This document shows, piece by piece, positions 13,560-26,358 of a stretch of 64,000 bases of DNA. The position numbers were made by a program, and so were the translations under genes. The notes below the pieces were generated by a model that saw nothing but the letters and a program-made list of their open reading frames with translations, had not been told where the DNA came from and ran no database searches. Within the stretch, counting starts at the first letter, position 1. Every line of letters begins with the position of its first letter. Origin of the DNA: Azolla caroliniana (Eukaryota; Plantae; Polypodiophyta); the NCBI GenBank assembly GCA_043228905.1, contig JBHGNT010000005.1, forward strand, positions 18,972,001 to 19,036,000, in the 5' to 3' direction.

Positions 13560-14100
13560 ACTAGAAACCCCAAATGATATGCCCGATTTGGTAGTTTAAT
13601 GTTACATTCTTTATCAAGAATATAACTTTTATGCAACCCTTTACCAATCTCGAAGGTAATATTGTTTATTTTAAAGCTAAAGAAGAAGTTATTGTCTTTG
13701 GTGACATGAATGCTCATAAAAGAACTTTGGAACTTGATCAACAACAATGTTTCATGCACATCTGAAGGATGCAAGAGGATATACAATTCTATAGTTGTTC
13801 TTCTATGGATTAAGATGATTGGGATAAGTATGGAAAGTTACTCATGCAAATGGTGTTCACTGTTATCCTTATGGCTCAACACTTATGGTTTTGCATGTAG
13901 AAAACACAATGAAAACAATCTTATTGGCAATGTTCTATTTTCGGAAGGTATTTGGATCAGATACACAAATTCTTTCTTGGTGAATAGACACTGGAATCTA
14001 ATCATAAGACTTTTGTTAAGAATCAAGCTCAACCTAGTCTAGTGTGTGAATACACCCTTTCAGAATCTATGAGCACTGAAAGGTCAAAAGTCACCATTCC
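13560..14100 (+). mobile_element. Degenerate LINE APE-endonuclease remnant
   Basis: Translation EEVIVFGDMNAH (GDFNA motif) near 13682-13716 and a downstream SNHK (SDH-like) near 13997; broken frames. Confidence 0.45.
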
Positions 14101-14119
14101 TTTCTACACATTCACTACG

Positions 14120-14745
14120 TGTCATAGAATAATATTCTATGAAACATAACTAATGAGTTCCATACTCCCCAAGAGAGAGTGGGTATTAATGAAGAGAGAG
14201 CGTGACCCTAGATAAAGCACCCTCCTACTTTGTAACAGTCGGTTATCCTCCCTTGTAATGCTACATTTTTGTACTTGATATTCTCCTTGTTAATACACAT
14301 TTTCTTGAGTATTCTCTTATCTATCTTGTGTTTCTCTCCTCTCCTCTCCTCTTTTACACACACATCTCTTCCATTGCACAAAATCATATCTGATTCTTTA
14401 CATGGTATCAGAGCGATTTGGTAGCTTGATTTAGCCCATCCGCATGTGTTGTGTCCTACGCCAACATTCAAGAAGAATCGGCTCATCGCTATCGTAGTGG
14501 CACTGCATAACTCGTGTTCGATAGAGAAGTAAAAGAAAAAAGAAATCTACATCGACATAATGAATACTCAAATGGGGAGAGGTCTCCCTAGCAAGAAGTT
14601 GGACAGAAACAACTTTGCATCTTGGGAGTACAAGATGCACCAATACCTTGTTGGCCAAGGCTATTGGGGTTACATTCAAGGAGCACAAGAAAACAAACCC
14701 AACCCAAAGGATGCCGACTACTCAACATGGGAGAAAGCGGCAACA
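14120..14745 (+). mobile_element. Ty1/copia 5' fragment: LTR 14120-14402, PBS, gag start
   Basis: TG...CA LTR, tRNA-iMet PBS TGGTATCAGAGC at 14403, gag MNTQMG...LDRNNFASWEYKMHQYL homologous to gag at 37824. Truncated near 14745. Confidence 0.8.
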
Positions 14746-17393
14746 AGCTTGGATCTTTCATCTTTCAAACGTGAACATGGGCCCTACAACCAAACACTCT
14801 CAAGTGCACCCTCTCAAGTACATCATCATCCTAGAAAAAGACTGATAGAGACAGATTCATGAGGTCAACTGCAGTCCTCATTGTTTCACTCCATAAGAGT
14901 TTAGACAATTTTGAGTGTGATAGTATATATCTTATCTACTCACAAATTGTCCTACTCATCCTCTCAGCCACACCATTGTGCTGAGGTGTTTTCTGAACAC
15001 TCCTCTCAAGCCTAATACTATGCACACAACCATATTGCCCAAATTATCCCCCATGGTCAGCGCCATTATTCGCTCGCGTACATTTCAGCTTGCATTAGGT
15101 AGAGGGAATTCTGTTTTAGACAACTTGTTATGATTAGGGAATCTTTGGTGAGTTTCCATCTTCCTTCACCAAAGTAATTTTCATATCCCTCATCATCAAG
15201 CTTACTAGTGGAGATGATATTCAACGGAATATCTGGTACATACCTTACATCCCTCAATATGAGTTTACTACCCGTATCGGAGACTAAGACTACATCCCCT
15301 ATGCCAACAGCCTTTGTCATACCTTGGTTAGCCATTTTGACTTTACCAAAGTCACCACCGGTATATGAATCAAACATTTCCCGATATGGGGTAATGTGAT
15401 ATGAGGCTCCTGAGTCAATGATCCAGTCAGTTTGTTGACATGCTAAACTATCACAAGAATCATCACGGACAATAATAACATCGCCATCACATGTGGCGGT
15501 TATAGGGTCATTTTTCTTGTCGTTATTGGTTCCATTCTTTTGGTCCCTCTTCTTCTTCCTACAGTGTCTTTCGTAGTGATTTGGACCACCACAATGACGA
15601 CATGAGAAATCTTTCTTGAAGTCTTTCCTACTTCTAGATTTTGACCTCCTGTCAACATTATTTCTATGATCTTGTGGACCCCATCCCGTGTATGGCTTCT
15701 TCCTCTATTGGGGTTGTTTTCTATGACGAAGGCTCCGTGCTCATTGTTGGACTCACGCTCCTTTCGTTGTGCTTCTTCATGTAGAAGACTTGACTTAAAC
15801 GTGTCCAAGGTTAGCTCCTTTTGTTGTGTTGCAGTCCCAAGCATCACATCAAGAGTTTCCCAATTATCTGGGAGAGAGCCTAACAATAACAAAGTCAACA
15901 CCTCATTTGCTAGAGGTATTTCTAGCGAGATTGTTTGACTTATAAGTCCTTGAAACGTGTTTAGATGCTCTGCCATACTAGAGCCATCTTGATATCTAAG
16001 TCTTACAAGTTTCCTAAACACGGAGACTCTATTTAAGGCATTTTTTGTTTGAAACATAGTTTCAATTTTCCCCCATAACTCGTGTGCTTTGGTTTCATCA
16101 ACGAAATTGTTATATAGACTCATGTCTATAAAACAGTTACGAATGTATGATGTGGTTTTTAGATGCATTGATTCCCAAGTTAATGCATCTATGTTCTCGA
16201 GTTTGCTCATACCATGTCGTACGGGCAACCACATGTCCTTACATACCAACATATCTCTCATTTTGGATTTCCAAATGGAGTATTGGGTCTGGTCAACTTA
16301 ATCATCCCACCTAACGATTCATCCATATTCCAAATCTTTGCGAAGGGTATGAACCTCGGCTCTGATACCACTTGTTGTGAATATGAGACTGAATTGGGAT
16401 GATTTAAACTTCAAACACAATTAACACTAGATGAAACCACAAGACGGAAATGAGAGTACACCAAATTTTTAACGTGGAAAACCCAAAATTGGGAAAAACC
16501 ACGAGAACCGTAGGTTCCAAACAACTTCACTATATCTTTGAGTACAACGGAATACGACCTCACTAGAGGGGTGTATCTACCTCAGGCAATGACCTTGGTT
16601 ACAACCTTCACCCAATCAGGTGGATAGAATAACAAGGATTACAAAATGTGTACGAACTCTCTAGGTCTTGACTAGAGAAATGTCCTAGCCTCAAGGCAGC
16701 AGCCTTGCCTACAATCGTCACCCAATTGGGTGGATACAATAACAATAAGCACAAGGAATGCGCTAGTCTCTATAGGTTTTTTTCTAGAGGAAATATATTA
16801 GCTTCAAGGCAACAACCTTGGCTACGATCCTCACCCGATTGGGTGGATAAACCAAGGAAAATGAAAACTAGAAAAACATAAAACGAAGAAACCCGAAACA
16901 AGTAGACAGGACAGGTGTTGTTCAATCGTGGTTCTTCGATAACACGAACAACCTCGTAAGTCTTTGTCTTTGCGTCGGTAGTCCACTCTTCCTCTTGCTC
17001 CCTCTTTTGTTTTCTGTTTTTCTGTTCTTCCCATAGTTTTCTATTTTACTCTCTATTCACTTAGAAAATCAGATCAACACTATGTTTCCCCCTTCTCCTT
17101 TTTATGTTTTTCTCCTTGTTGTTCAACATCTATGTACCTCTGTTCACACACACACCAAAAAACATACAAAAGAAAAGGGTATACATACACACACACACAC
17201 ACACACACATATATGTATATATAAATATAATCATACATAATTATAACTTTTCCCCTTTTTGGCCCTAAGCTAATTCGACGCCCAGCCGACTGGGAGTCGG
17301 TTGTATGCTTAGTCGACTGCTGACACGCAACCGATTCTCAATCAACCCTTTGGTTCTATGTTGTGGGCTCCACATGAGTGGATATGCCCAACA
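14742..17393 (-). mobile_element. Truncated Ty1/copia (Tork/Tnt1-like): 5' LTR 16373-17393, PBS, gag, protease, partial integrase
   Basis: PBS complement GCTCTGATACCA ending at 16370. Gag ORF 15500-16261, protease WIIDSGASYH near 15400-15430, integrase TPQHNGVAER near 14960-14995. LTR carries three ~110-bp internal repeats. Confidence 0.85.
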
Positions 17394-20300
17394 AATATAC
17401 CATCATTCTCTAGAGAAGCTCGTTCACAATGAGAAGTAGTATTAGACTTTGTTGGGGTTGATAAAGAGAATATATTATACCTCCAATCTGTTACAAATGG
17501 AGGAGGTGATGGAGGTGTAGGGATAGGTACTGAATGTCCCTCACACCAAGTCGTCGAATTTCGGGAACTTGACCTCCTCTTTTAAGATGTTTGTGAGCAT
17601 TTCGGCATGGCTAGATCCCTTGAATGGAGTGGTGCCAGATAAGAGCTCATAGAGAAACATCCCCAATGTCCACCAATCCACCGGACTACCATGGCCTTGA
17701 GCAGATATGATCTCTAGAGCTAAGTATTCGTGAGTTTCAACGAATGACATCGATTGAGCCAGTGTCGGCTCCGCAAAAACTTGGATAAGCATCAGATCGA
17801 TCATATCATCGTGATGAGGAGCATGTGTGAGGGTTGACGAGGATCTATATGATCGGCTGATCCAGAGACATGAACCTTCCTCCTCGATAGCCATGGAAAT
17901 TGGAACAAACGACTACTCTGTTATGACAAGGATGATGATGATGATAGGGATCGAAAGAGGCGCATTCGATTATCTAAGGTGGAGGAAGAGCAAGAGAGGC
18001 GCCTCTTGTTAGGATTTCGGTCCCTCCGAATGGGATACAAGTACCCGACAACGGAAGACCCGATGAGAACCAGATGAGGAGTACCCGGCAACGGAAGACC
18101 CGGTGAGAACCGGATGAGGAGTACCCGGCAACGGAAGATCCGGTGAGAACCGGATGATGCAGGCCCGATGAGAACCTCTCTTCGGATGAAGGGACATATA
18201 TGTAAATATGTCCTAGAGAGCCCACTAGGGCTATATTTGTAAATAGCCCGAAAGTCATATTAGTATAAATATGACCTAGGGCAAACAATATACTTTTGGT
18301 GTTGTTATATTGTTGTAATTGTTGTACAGAGTGTAATAGAGAGAGTGAGAGAGGGAGTGATAGAGAGAGTGTGTCTCTGCTATAACTACCGCCAGGCGAA
18401 GGTTGAGAGCAAGAGGTCGTTGCCTTTGTGCTCCCTGTTGTATTCCTTGACATAGTGATTGTTTGGAGTCTGTGGGCTCCCATGGTTTTTTGTTACCGGT
18501 TGGCAAGAAGGCTTAAGGAGGTCCAAACCAGAGTGTGAAAAAGAATAGTGCCGATCCGGATCCGGATCGATCCCGAAAAGGTGCCGGTTGGCACCGTTTT
18601 GTATTTTGCACCGGAGACCTATATAAAGGCCCAGTTACAATGTAATCGAGAGCGGATAATTAATAGAACTTATTGCCTTAATCTTTCAGTGTTGATTACC
18701 GTTCTGTGCTTATTGTATATCTTACGCGTGTTAATGATGTATTGTTAAGTAATCGATTAAGGTCTAATTAAGCGTTGTGTCGTAAGTCATTTTGTCGTAC
18801 CACCCTTTGGTGAAGTGTCTTAAGTGGACACCCTGTGTTAGGCTGTTGTCCGGCCCTAGGATTAACACAGTTTTTGGCGACCACGATTCCTGCACAATCG
18901 CAGTGAACAGCGGCAGGAATGGACGACTAGGCCAACAGACGACCCGGTTACGGAGAGAGCACGAGACTTGTTGAACGGAGAAGGCGGCGAGAGGCTTTCC
19001 AGCAAGCAGCGGAAGAAATCCGATTGGATCGATCATTTTCCAAAGTGATCCGGAAAGTGGCGGAGGAGTCGCTCCATCTGCAACAAAACGCTTACCCGGA
19101 CGAAGGAAGCAGCTTAAGCAGCCTCCGGGAAGCGGAAACCCTTCTCCAGGTCTTGGCCGGAAGAGACGGCGAATCCGAAGCATTTTCAGCGCTGGAATCG
19201 GATTCGGAAGGGGGTTACAACGCGCACACGAACTATCGCAGCAATAACGACACCCTAGGAGGACCGGAGGACGAGGAGTCGGATACATTACCGACACCGG
19301 AACTTGAGTTAGTAGACCGGGAACCTCCGGCACTAGACATGGAGCAACCTCCGGAGACGGAAAAAGACCGGCAAAAACCTCCAACACCGGAAGTTGAGCC
19401 GGCAACACCAAGGGAAGACCGACAAAGACCTCTGACGCCGACGGAACAGCAGGAAAGACCACCGACACCGCTAGCCTGTGTACCGACACCGGACGACGAC
19501 ATGTCGTTCCAGTACTCCAAGTATCGGGATGACCCGGACACGGAGGCTCATGTTCACGCGTTTCAACAAACATGGGAAGCGAACCATGTGTCACAACGGT
19601 TAACCGCGGCCGAAGAGGAACGATCTAAGATAGCCGAATTCGGCGTGACATTGGAAGGATCGGCCGCCAGATGGCCCGAGACGCAGGATCGCAGCACCAT
19701 CACCACCTTTGCGGACCTGAAAGATAAATTCTTGCACTTCTTTCAGAAGGAGGTGGACCAGAGAGAAATGGTGGGCCTATTTTATACCATCCGGTAGGAC
19801 CCCGGGGAGAGCATTTCGCAGTTTGTCATCCGGTTTCAACGAATGCACAGTCAGCTTACCCGCGCACCTCCGAAGGAAGAAACACGGGCTATATTTTTAG
19901 CCGCGCTGGGGGAACCTCTATGAACGGTATGCACGGTCATCGACTTTCGCATAAGCACCGTCGATCAGGTCATCGACCGGGTTAGAGAAATGGAGATAAC
20001 GAGCTCTTGGCTAACAATGGGAGCCCTCCAACGAGCGTTACCAACCGATGAGGATCTCCGGTTTCGGCAAGCAATCCAATGCACGACCTGCTTGAATTCC
20101 GGACACTCGTCACTGGAGTGCACCATGCGGACGCACTGCTTACTCTGCCAATCTACGAGCCACACGATGGACCCGTGCGAATATAACTTATTGAATCGGC
20201 AAGCACCACCAGTCCGGCAAATCGAGCCACGTAGCAGTCGAGACGAAGAAGACGAACGCTGGTGGCGAGAGGAGCGATATCGACCGACACAGGATGTCAG

Positions 20301-21017
20301 GTATGACGATCGGCGAGACAACTATGACCGGTACAAGAGATATGACAAGTACCGAGATTACAATGGACGGTACGAGCATCACAACCGGGATCACTCCCCC
20401 GGGTATCACCAACGACGGGAAGATTACGGGAGGTATGACGACCAACCCCGGCAAGGGTACCGCAACAAAAAGAACTTTAATAAAAAACCACATTTCAAAA
20501 AAGGGAGCCACCCACGTGAACCAGAAAAAGGCGCCTCAAGCAGCCAACCGAACCAAAGCCCCGCGGTTACCGCAAGTCCTCCACCGGGTACAGGAAACAA
20601 TGCCGAATCCAGCAATACCCGGAAAGCATATTGCTACTATTGCCGGCAAGAAGGACATTATAGTAATCAATGTCCGACAAAGAGCTATGACAAGCGACCG
20701 GTAGTAAACATGGTAGTCGCCGAAGTCGCGGACCTGCAGCAGGTTACCACAAGATCGAAGGGCAAGACGACGGAATGGGAAACACAAGAGGCCATCTGGA
20801 AACAGGCAACGGAATGGGTGAAAAAGGCAAATGAGCGAAACATAGCAGAACTTGCGCAGCAAAAGGAGAACACCGAAGAGCTCGCCGGCGGCAATCAAAC
20901 CGAAAACATGAAATGGCAGGCATTGTAGGAATGCCAGATCATGCTGCCGTTAGGAAGACTCTTGCAGCTAGTACCAAGATTCACAGAAGGAATCAAGGCC
21001 GGCATGACGACAGGCGG

Positions 21018-21769
21018 TGACGGGAACTCAACGCTCCTTATGCACGATGCTCGGCCACAACCGAGCTTAGAATGATACACAGAAAAACGGGAAATAAAAC
21101 ACGACACAAAGAAGAGGAAGATACACAGGAGGTTTACGTGGAAAACCCCAAACTAGGGGAAAAACCACGACAGCCCACAGGCTGCAAACTGTCACTATGT
21201 AAGAATGTACAATAGTGAGTTCACTGAGGCAATGACCTTGTGCTCACAGATCTTCGCCATAGGCGGCGGTTACAACAGAGGCAACGACCTCTTTCTCTCT
21301 CTCAACCTGTACACTGTTACACGCTCTCTCTTCTTGCACCAACAAGAAAATGACAACAACTACACTAAAAGTTTGCCCTAAGTCATATTTATACTAATAT
21401 GACTTTTCGGCTATTTACAAATATAGCCACGGTGGGCTCTTCAGAAACATATTTACGAATATGTCTCTTCATCCGGAGAGCATTCCTCACCGGGTCTGCG
21501 CCATCCGGCTCTCCGTAGCCGGTACTCATCTGGTCTTCACCGGGTCTGCATCATCCGGCTCTCCGTAGCTGGGTACTCCTCATCCGGTTCATACCAGGTC
21601 TGCACCATCCGGCTCTCCGTAGCCGGGTACTCCTCATCCGGTTCATACCGGGTCTGCACCATCCGGCTCTCCGCAACCAGGTACACCTCATACGGTTTCG
21701 GCCTCGGCCGAGTTTGTTCATCGGCACTGTTCTTCTCCCTTCCCATCCGGAGGGACCTGTCTCCCAACA
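21018..21769 (-). mobile_element. Copia (Tork-like family) solo LTR inserted in the gypsy gag-protease linker
   Basis: TG...CA, TSD GGCGG (21013-21017 / 21770-21774). Homologous to LTR 40757-41392. ~54-bp internal tandem repeats at 21490-21690. Confidence 0.92.
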
Positions 21770-24047
21770 GGCGGCACACCACCGGCTCCGACATTCTTCT
21801 CAAATCCAGAGGAGGGACCAGCGGTGGTGGACACCAACAGTCCGGCAATTACTGCCATTGTGAAAGGGAAAGAACTCCCCAGCACGATAATAGACGGAGG
21901 CTCCGGCGTTAATGTAATAAGCCTCCGGACGTGCGATGCTCTTGGAATCCAAGAGTGGGAGCCATGTCCGTTCTGGCTCAAAATGGCAGACACAAGCTCG
22001 GTGCGACCGACAGGATTAATACGGGACTTAGAAGTAACCATCGGGGGCCACACATTCCGAATCTCAGCTGTAGTTCTCCAGTTGCACGCTCAAGGAGCGT
22101 ACCCATTATTGTTGGGATGCCCTTGGTTAAAGACGACACACATCAAGCAGAACTAGAGGAGGAATATGATTACGTTCCGGTGGGGAAAAGCGAAGGTACG
22201 GGTACCAACACAACCAAGGAAGGGCACCGGCAAGGATCTGACACCGTTATATGCGGAGTGCGTCAATATGCTGGAAGGATTAGCAGATGAAGAAGAAGAT
22301 CAGTACTTGCAGGAGAACCCGAAGATTGTACCCCTATTCGAAATTGACGTCATCAAAGCGGTATCACCCTACTTACTGCAACCGGACGGAACCAGATAAA
22401 GAAGCAATCCAGGAGTTACGGCAAGCGCAAGAGGCGTTGGAAAGAGAAATGGCCGTATCACAGCGCGTAAAAGCGCCTCAATTAGAAGAGGTAAATCTAG
22501 GAACGGCGGAGGAGGCAAAACCGGTGCACATCGCCAAAGAAATGAATGCAGAGAACAAAACGGCGATAATTACACTCCTCAACGAGTTTCGCGATGTATT
22601 TGCCTAGTCTTACGAGGATATGAGAGGGTTGGATCCTCAGTTGTATCAGCACCAGATACATCTGAGCAAAGACGCCAAGCCGGTAGCCACAACGTCGGTA
22701 CCGGATGAACCCAAACTACGCCGCCAAAGTCAAGGAGGAAATCGACAAATTGTTGAGGGTTGGCTTCATCCGTCCCGTAAAGAAATCTACATGGCTGAGC
22801 CCGATCGTAGTCGTACCGAAGAAGAACGGCAAAATTAGAGTTTGTGTCGACTATCGGAATCTCAATGCGGCAACGATAACGGATGCATTTCCACTTCCGT
22901 TTACGGATGGAGTTTTGGATGCCGTCGCCGGCCATGAAGTCTACAGTTTCTTAGACGGATTCAACGGGTATAATCAGATCCAGATGCACCCTGATGATCA
23001 AGAGAAAACGGCTTTCGTCACCGAATGGGGAGTGTTTGTTGTCGTGGTGATGATGTTCGGACTGAAAACGGCACCGGCAACATTCCAACGGATCATCATG
23101 GAGATCTTTGGCGAATACATACCGGCTTTTATGCAGGTGTTCCTTGACGACTTCGCCGTCTATAGCCGAAAAGAAGATCATTTGCAGCACCTAAGACTAT
23201 GTCTAGAGAAGTGTAGGGCATACCGGCTAAGCCTGAATCCGGCGAAGTGTGTATTTGGAGTGTCCAGCAGAACGCTACTAGGGCATATTGTGAGCAAGGA
23301 AGGCATTGTCGTAGATCCGGACAAAGTAAAAGCAATCTTGGAGGCACCGGCACCAACAACAGCGAAGGCATTGAGCCGTTTCTTAGGACAAATCCGTTGG
23401 CATAGCTAGCTACACCACTGCATGTTGCAGTACACCGAACACCGTTCCAGTGGACCGACGCTGAAGATAAGGCATACCGGGCACTCAAAGTTCTATTATC
23501 GCAAGCGCCGGTAGTGCAACACTCGGATTGGGCGAAGGAATTTCATGTGTTCGTGGATGCGTCCGACGTTGCAATCGGGAGTGCGTTGATGCAACTTACA
23601 GAGCCAAGATGGTACCAGCCTGTATATTACGCAAGCCGAAAGTTATCCCAAGCCGAACGAAATTACTCCACAATGGAAAGGGAAGCTTTAGGCATGATCT
23701 ACAACGTAACAAAATTCAGGCACTATTTATTGGGGAGAAAGTTTTCCTTCCATGTAGATCATTCGGCACTCCTCTACCTAGTATCCAAAGCGTCACTTAC
23801 CGGTAAGTTGGCCCGGTGGACTTTGCTGTTGCAGGAGTTCGAATTCGAGATATTCCACCAACCCGGCATACAGCATGCGGTAGCAGATTATCTAAGCCGG
23901 TTAGATTCCGACGAAATGGGTGACAGAGTACCGGACAAGTTTCCGGATGCTGAGCTATTTCGAGTCACTGCGGAAACGGCAACAGATAAAACGGTGGCAC
24001 CAGAAGACAAGTGGCTAACTAATATGCACCTGTTTCTGAGTACCGGA

Positions 24048-24522
24048 TGTCATGATAACAATCACATCATGCATCGAAAGGATCATGACACTCACATTAT
24101 GACTTAAAAGGATTTGAACCCACAACCTTGTTGTACACATGTCAAATCCTTAACAATGCATTGTATTAATATTCTTATATGTACAGTCTCTAGAATATGA
24201 AATCTAATATCATAAGAATATTCTATATTACTCTACATTCTAGAATGACCTAGAATATTCTAGAGTGTTCTATACCACTAGAACCTTCTAGAATACTCTA
24301 GAGATCTTCTAGATTACTCTACATTCTAGGATAACCTAGAATATTCTAGAGTGTTCTCTATTACTTATAAATAGGGATCTACCACCCATCCCAAACCTAA
24401 ATTGGTTCAACGTCATTTTGTAGCCTACTCTTTGTAATCCATTTTACGCTTCAATATAATAATTCTCTTTCAATTATCTCTCTATCTCTTTTTCTCTCTC
24501 TTTCTCTCTCTCAGTCTTGACA
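24048..24522 (+). mobile_element. Chromovirus solo LTR inserted in gypsy pol
   Basis: TGTCA...TGACA ends, TSD CCGGA (24043-24047 / 24523-24527). Near-identical to LTR 49468-49938. Removal restores LFLSTG-LPPEEMN. Confidence 0.95.
24185..24375 (+). promoter_or_regulatory. Heat-shock-element array upstream of the TATA box in the chromovirus LTR (second copy about 49605-49790)
   Basis: Perfect aGAAccTTCtaGAAt at 24280-24294, two copies of aGAAtaTTCtaGAgtgTTCt, several TTCTAGAA, and TATAAATA near 24367. Confidence 0.7.
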
Positions 24523-26358
24523 CCGGATTGCCTCCGGAGGAGATGAACCGGGACGAGAGGAAGCGCCTGGCGGTACAAAGCCGGCACTTTTGTTTATTAC
24601 AGGACACGCTATACCACAAAGGTGCGGACAGTATCTGGCAACGAGCGGTGCGCAGCGACGAGAAGGAGGCAATACTACGGGAGGCACACTACGGAATCAC
24701 CGGAGGTCATTATGCCGTGGATGCGACGGCAAGGAAGATATGGCAAAGTGGCCTATGGTGGCCGACTACATTGAAAGACGTTGTCCGGTACGCGAAAGAG
24801 TGTGATCTATGCCAGCGAATGGGCCAACCAACGGAACAAGCTAGGATGCCGCATCAGCCAGTACTACCACTAGAACCATGTCAAAAATGGGGACTGGATT
24901 TTGTCAGTCCATTCAAACCACCGGCGATGAGAACTGGCAACCGGTATGTTATCGTCGCGACGGACTACTGCACTAAATGGGTGGAAGCCAAAGCCTTACG
25001 AGATAACACCGCGGCGTCGACGGCAAAATTCTTATATGAATGCATTTGGTGCCGGTACGAATGCCCCATAGAGCTGATAAGCGACCAAGGAGGCCACTTT
25101 CTTGGACAGGTAATGGAGAGCTTGACGTCATTCTATGCGGTATTACATAAACGGAGCACCCCGTACTACCCACAAGCCAACGGATTAGCGGAGTCAACAA
25201 ACAAAATGCTACAGAATATTCTGCGCAAGATCGTCAATGAAAATCGGACAGATTGGGACATGAAGCTGCACAGTGCGCTCTGGGCTTACCGGACAGCGTA
25301 CAAAACAAGCATCCGAACAACGTCGTTCCGGTTAGCATTCGGATTAGAGGCAGTCATGCCGGTCGAATTCCAGGTACCAAGCTTACGGATTCAGATTCAG
25401 GAACGACTCAATGAAAAGGAATCGGAGGCAATTCAGTTAAAGGCTCTATGTGAACTAGAAGAACACCGATTGGCGAGCATTATGCACCTGGAATTGGAAC
25501 AACGGCGACGGAAAGTGTTTGTAGATCGGCAACGGAAAGCAAACGAAAAGATGTTCGAAGTCGGCAAGCCGGTACTAGTGTTCCAGACCCGGATGGGTAA
25601 AATGCCAAGAAAACTACGGTTTAGATGGACCGGACCGTACTGGATCACACGCGAGTTTAATGGGTCTTACCAGTTAGGGACACTTGCCGGCGAGGTGTTG
25701 GGTAAATGGATCAATGGATTTAGACTAAAACCATACAAAGGAACTATGCCCAAGAACCCATTTGAACGAAGGGCCGCCACCTAATCAGACGCCGGCAGGC
25801 CAACCACAACGGTAACCGGTGCGGAAAACGGCTACCACCAAGCCGGTAAGGAGGAGCATGCGCCGGCAACCGGGGAAAGCATAACGACGGAAAACCGTCA
25901 AGAGACCGGCAAGGTGCGCGATTCGGGTAAGGGTCCGACAGGACCGGAGAATAATTAACCACACAATTAACTTTACAAAAAAAAAAAACGAATGGAATCA
26001 AATAAATCATGAAAAGGAGTGGTGGAAACGGCCATGCAAACGAGGAGTAAAGAGGCACGTCGAAAAGGTACGAAGGGCTATGAATAGGACATTAAACCAC
26101 CGCCACATGGCACGCAATGCTATTATAGTACATGACCTGCACATGTGGAGGCTTGAAAAAGGCGCCAAGATGTAGAGAGAAAAACCCCCACGCATCGAGA
26201 CCTTCTCCCATCGCGAACCAAGGAGAACAGACACAGACAGACGCGTGAAGATCAATCGCAGAGAGCTCGCACACAGAGAACCCCCTCCCTCAGAACTTTC
26301 TCTCTCACACTCTCCCCACCATCAAACCTCGCCAACGCTCTCCGACCTCGACGCAGAG

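Larger units (their letters stand above)
18919..25784 (+). pseudogene. Gypsy gag-pol polyprotein, decayed and interrupted by two solo LTRs
   Basis: Three CX2CX4HX4C knuckles, protease IIDGGSGVN, RT RVCVDYR...VFLDDF, RNase H VDASDVAIG...NYSTMEREAL, integrase WGLDF...PYYPQANG and GPY motif. Several TAG/TGA stops and frameshifts. Confidence 0.9.

Noticed and set aside
18764-19594. 276-aa antisense ORF, and similar shadow ORFs over GC-rich TE and GPAT coding regions
   Set aside because: Antisense or alternate-frame shadows of real coding frames, with no motifs.
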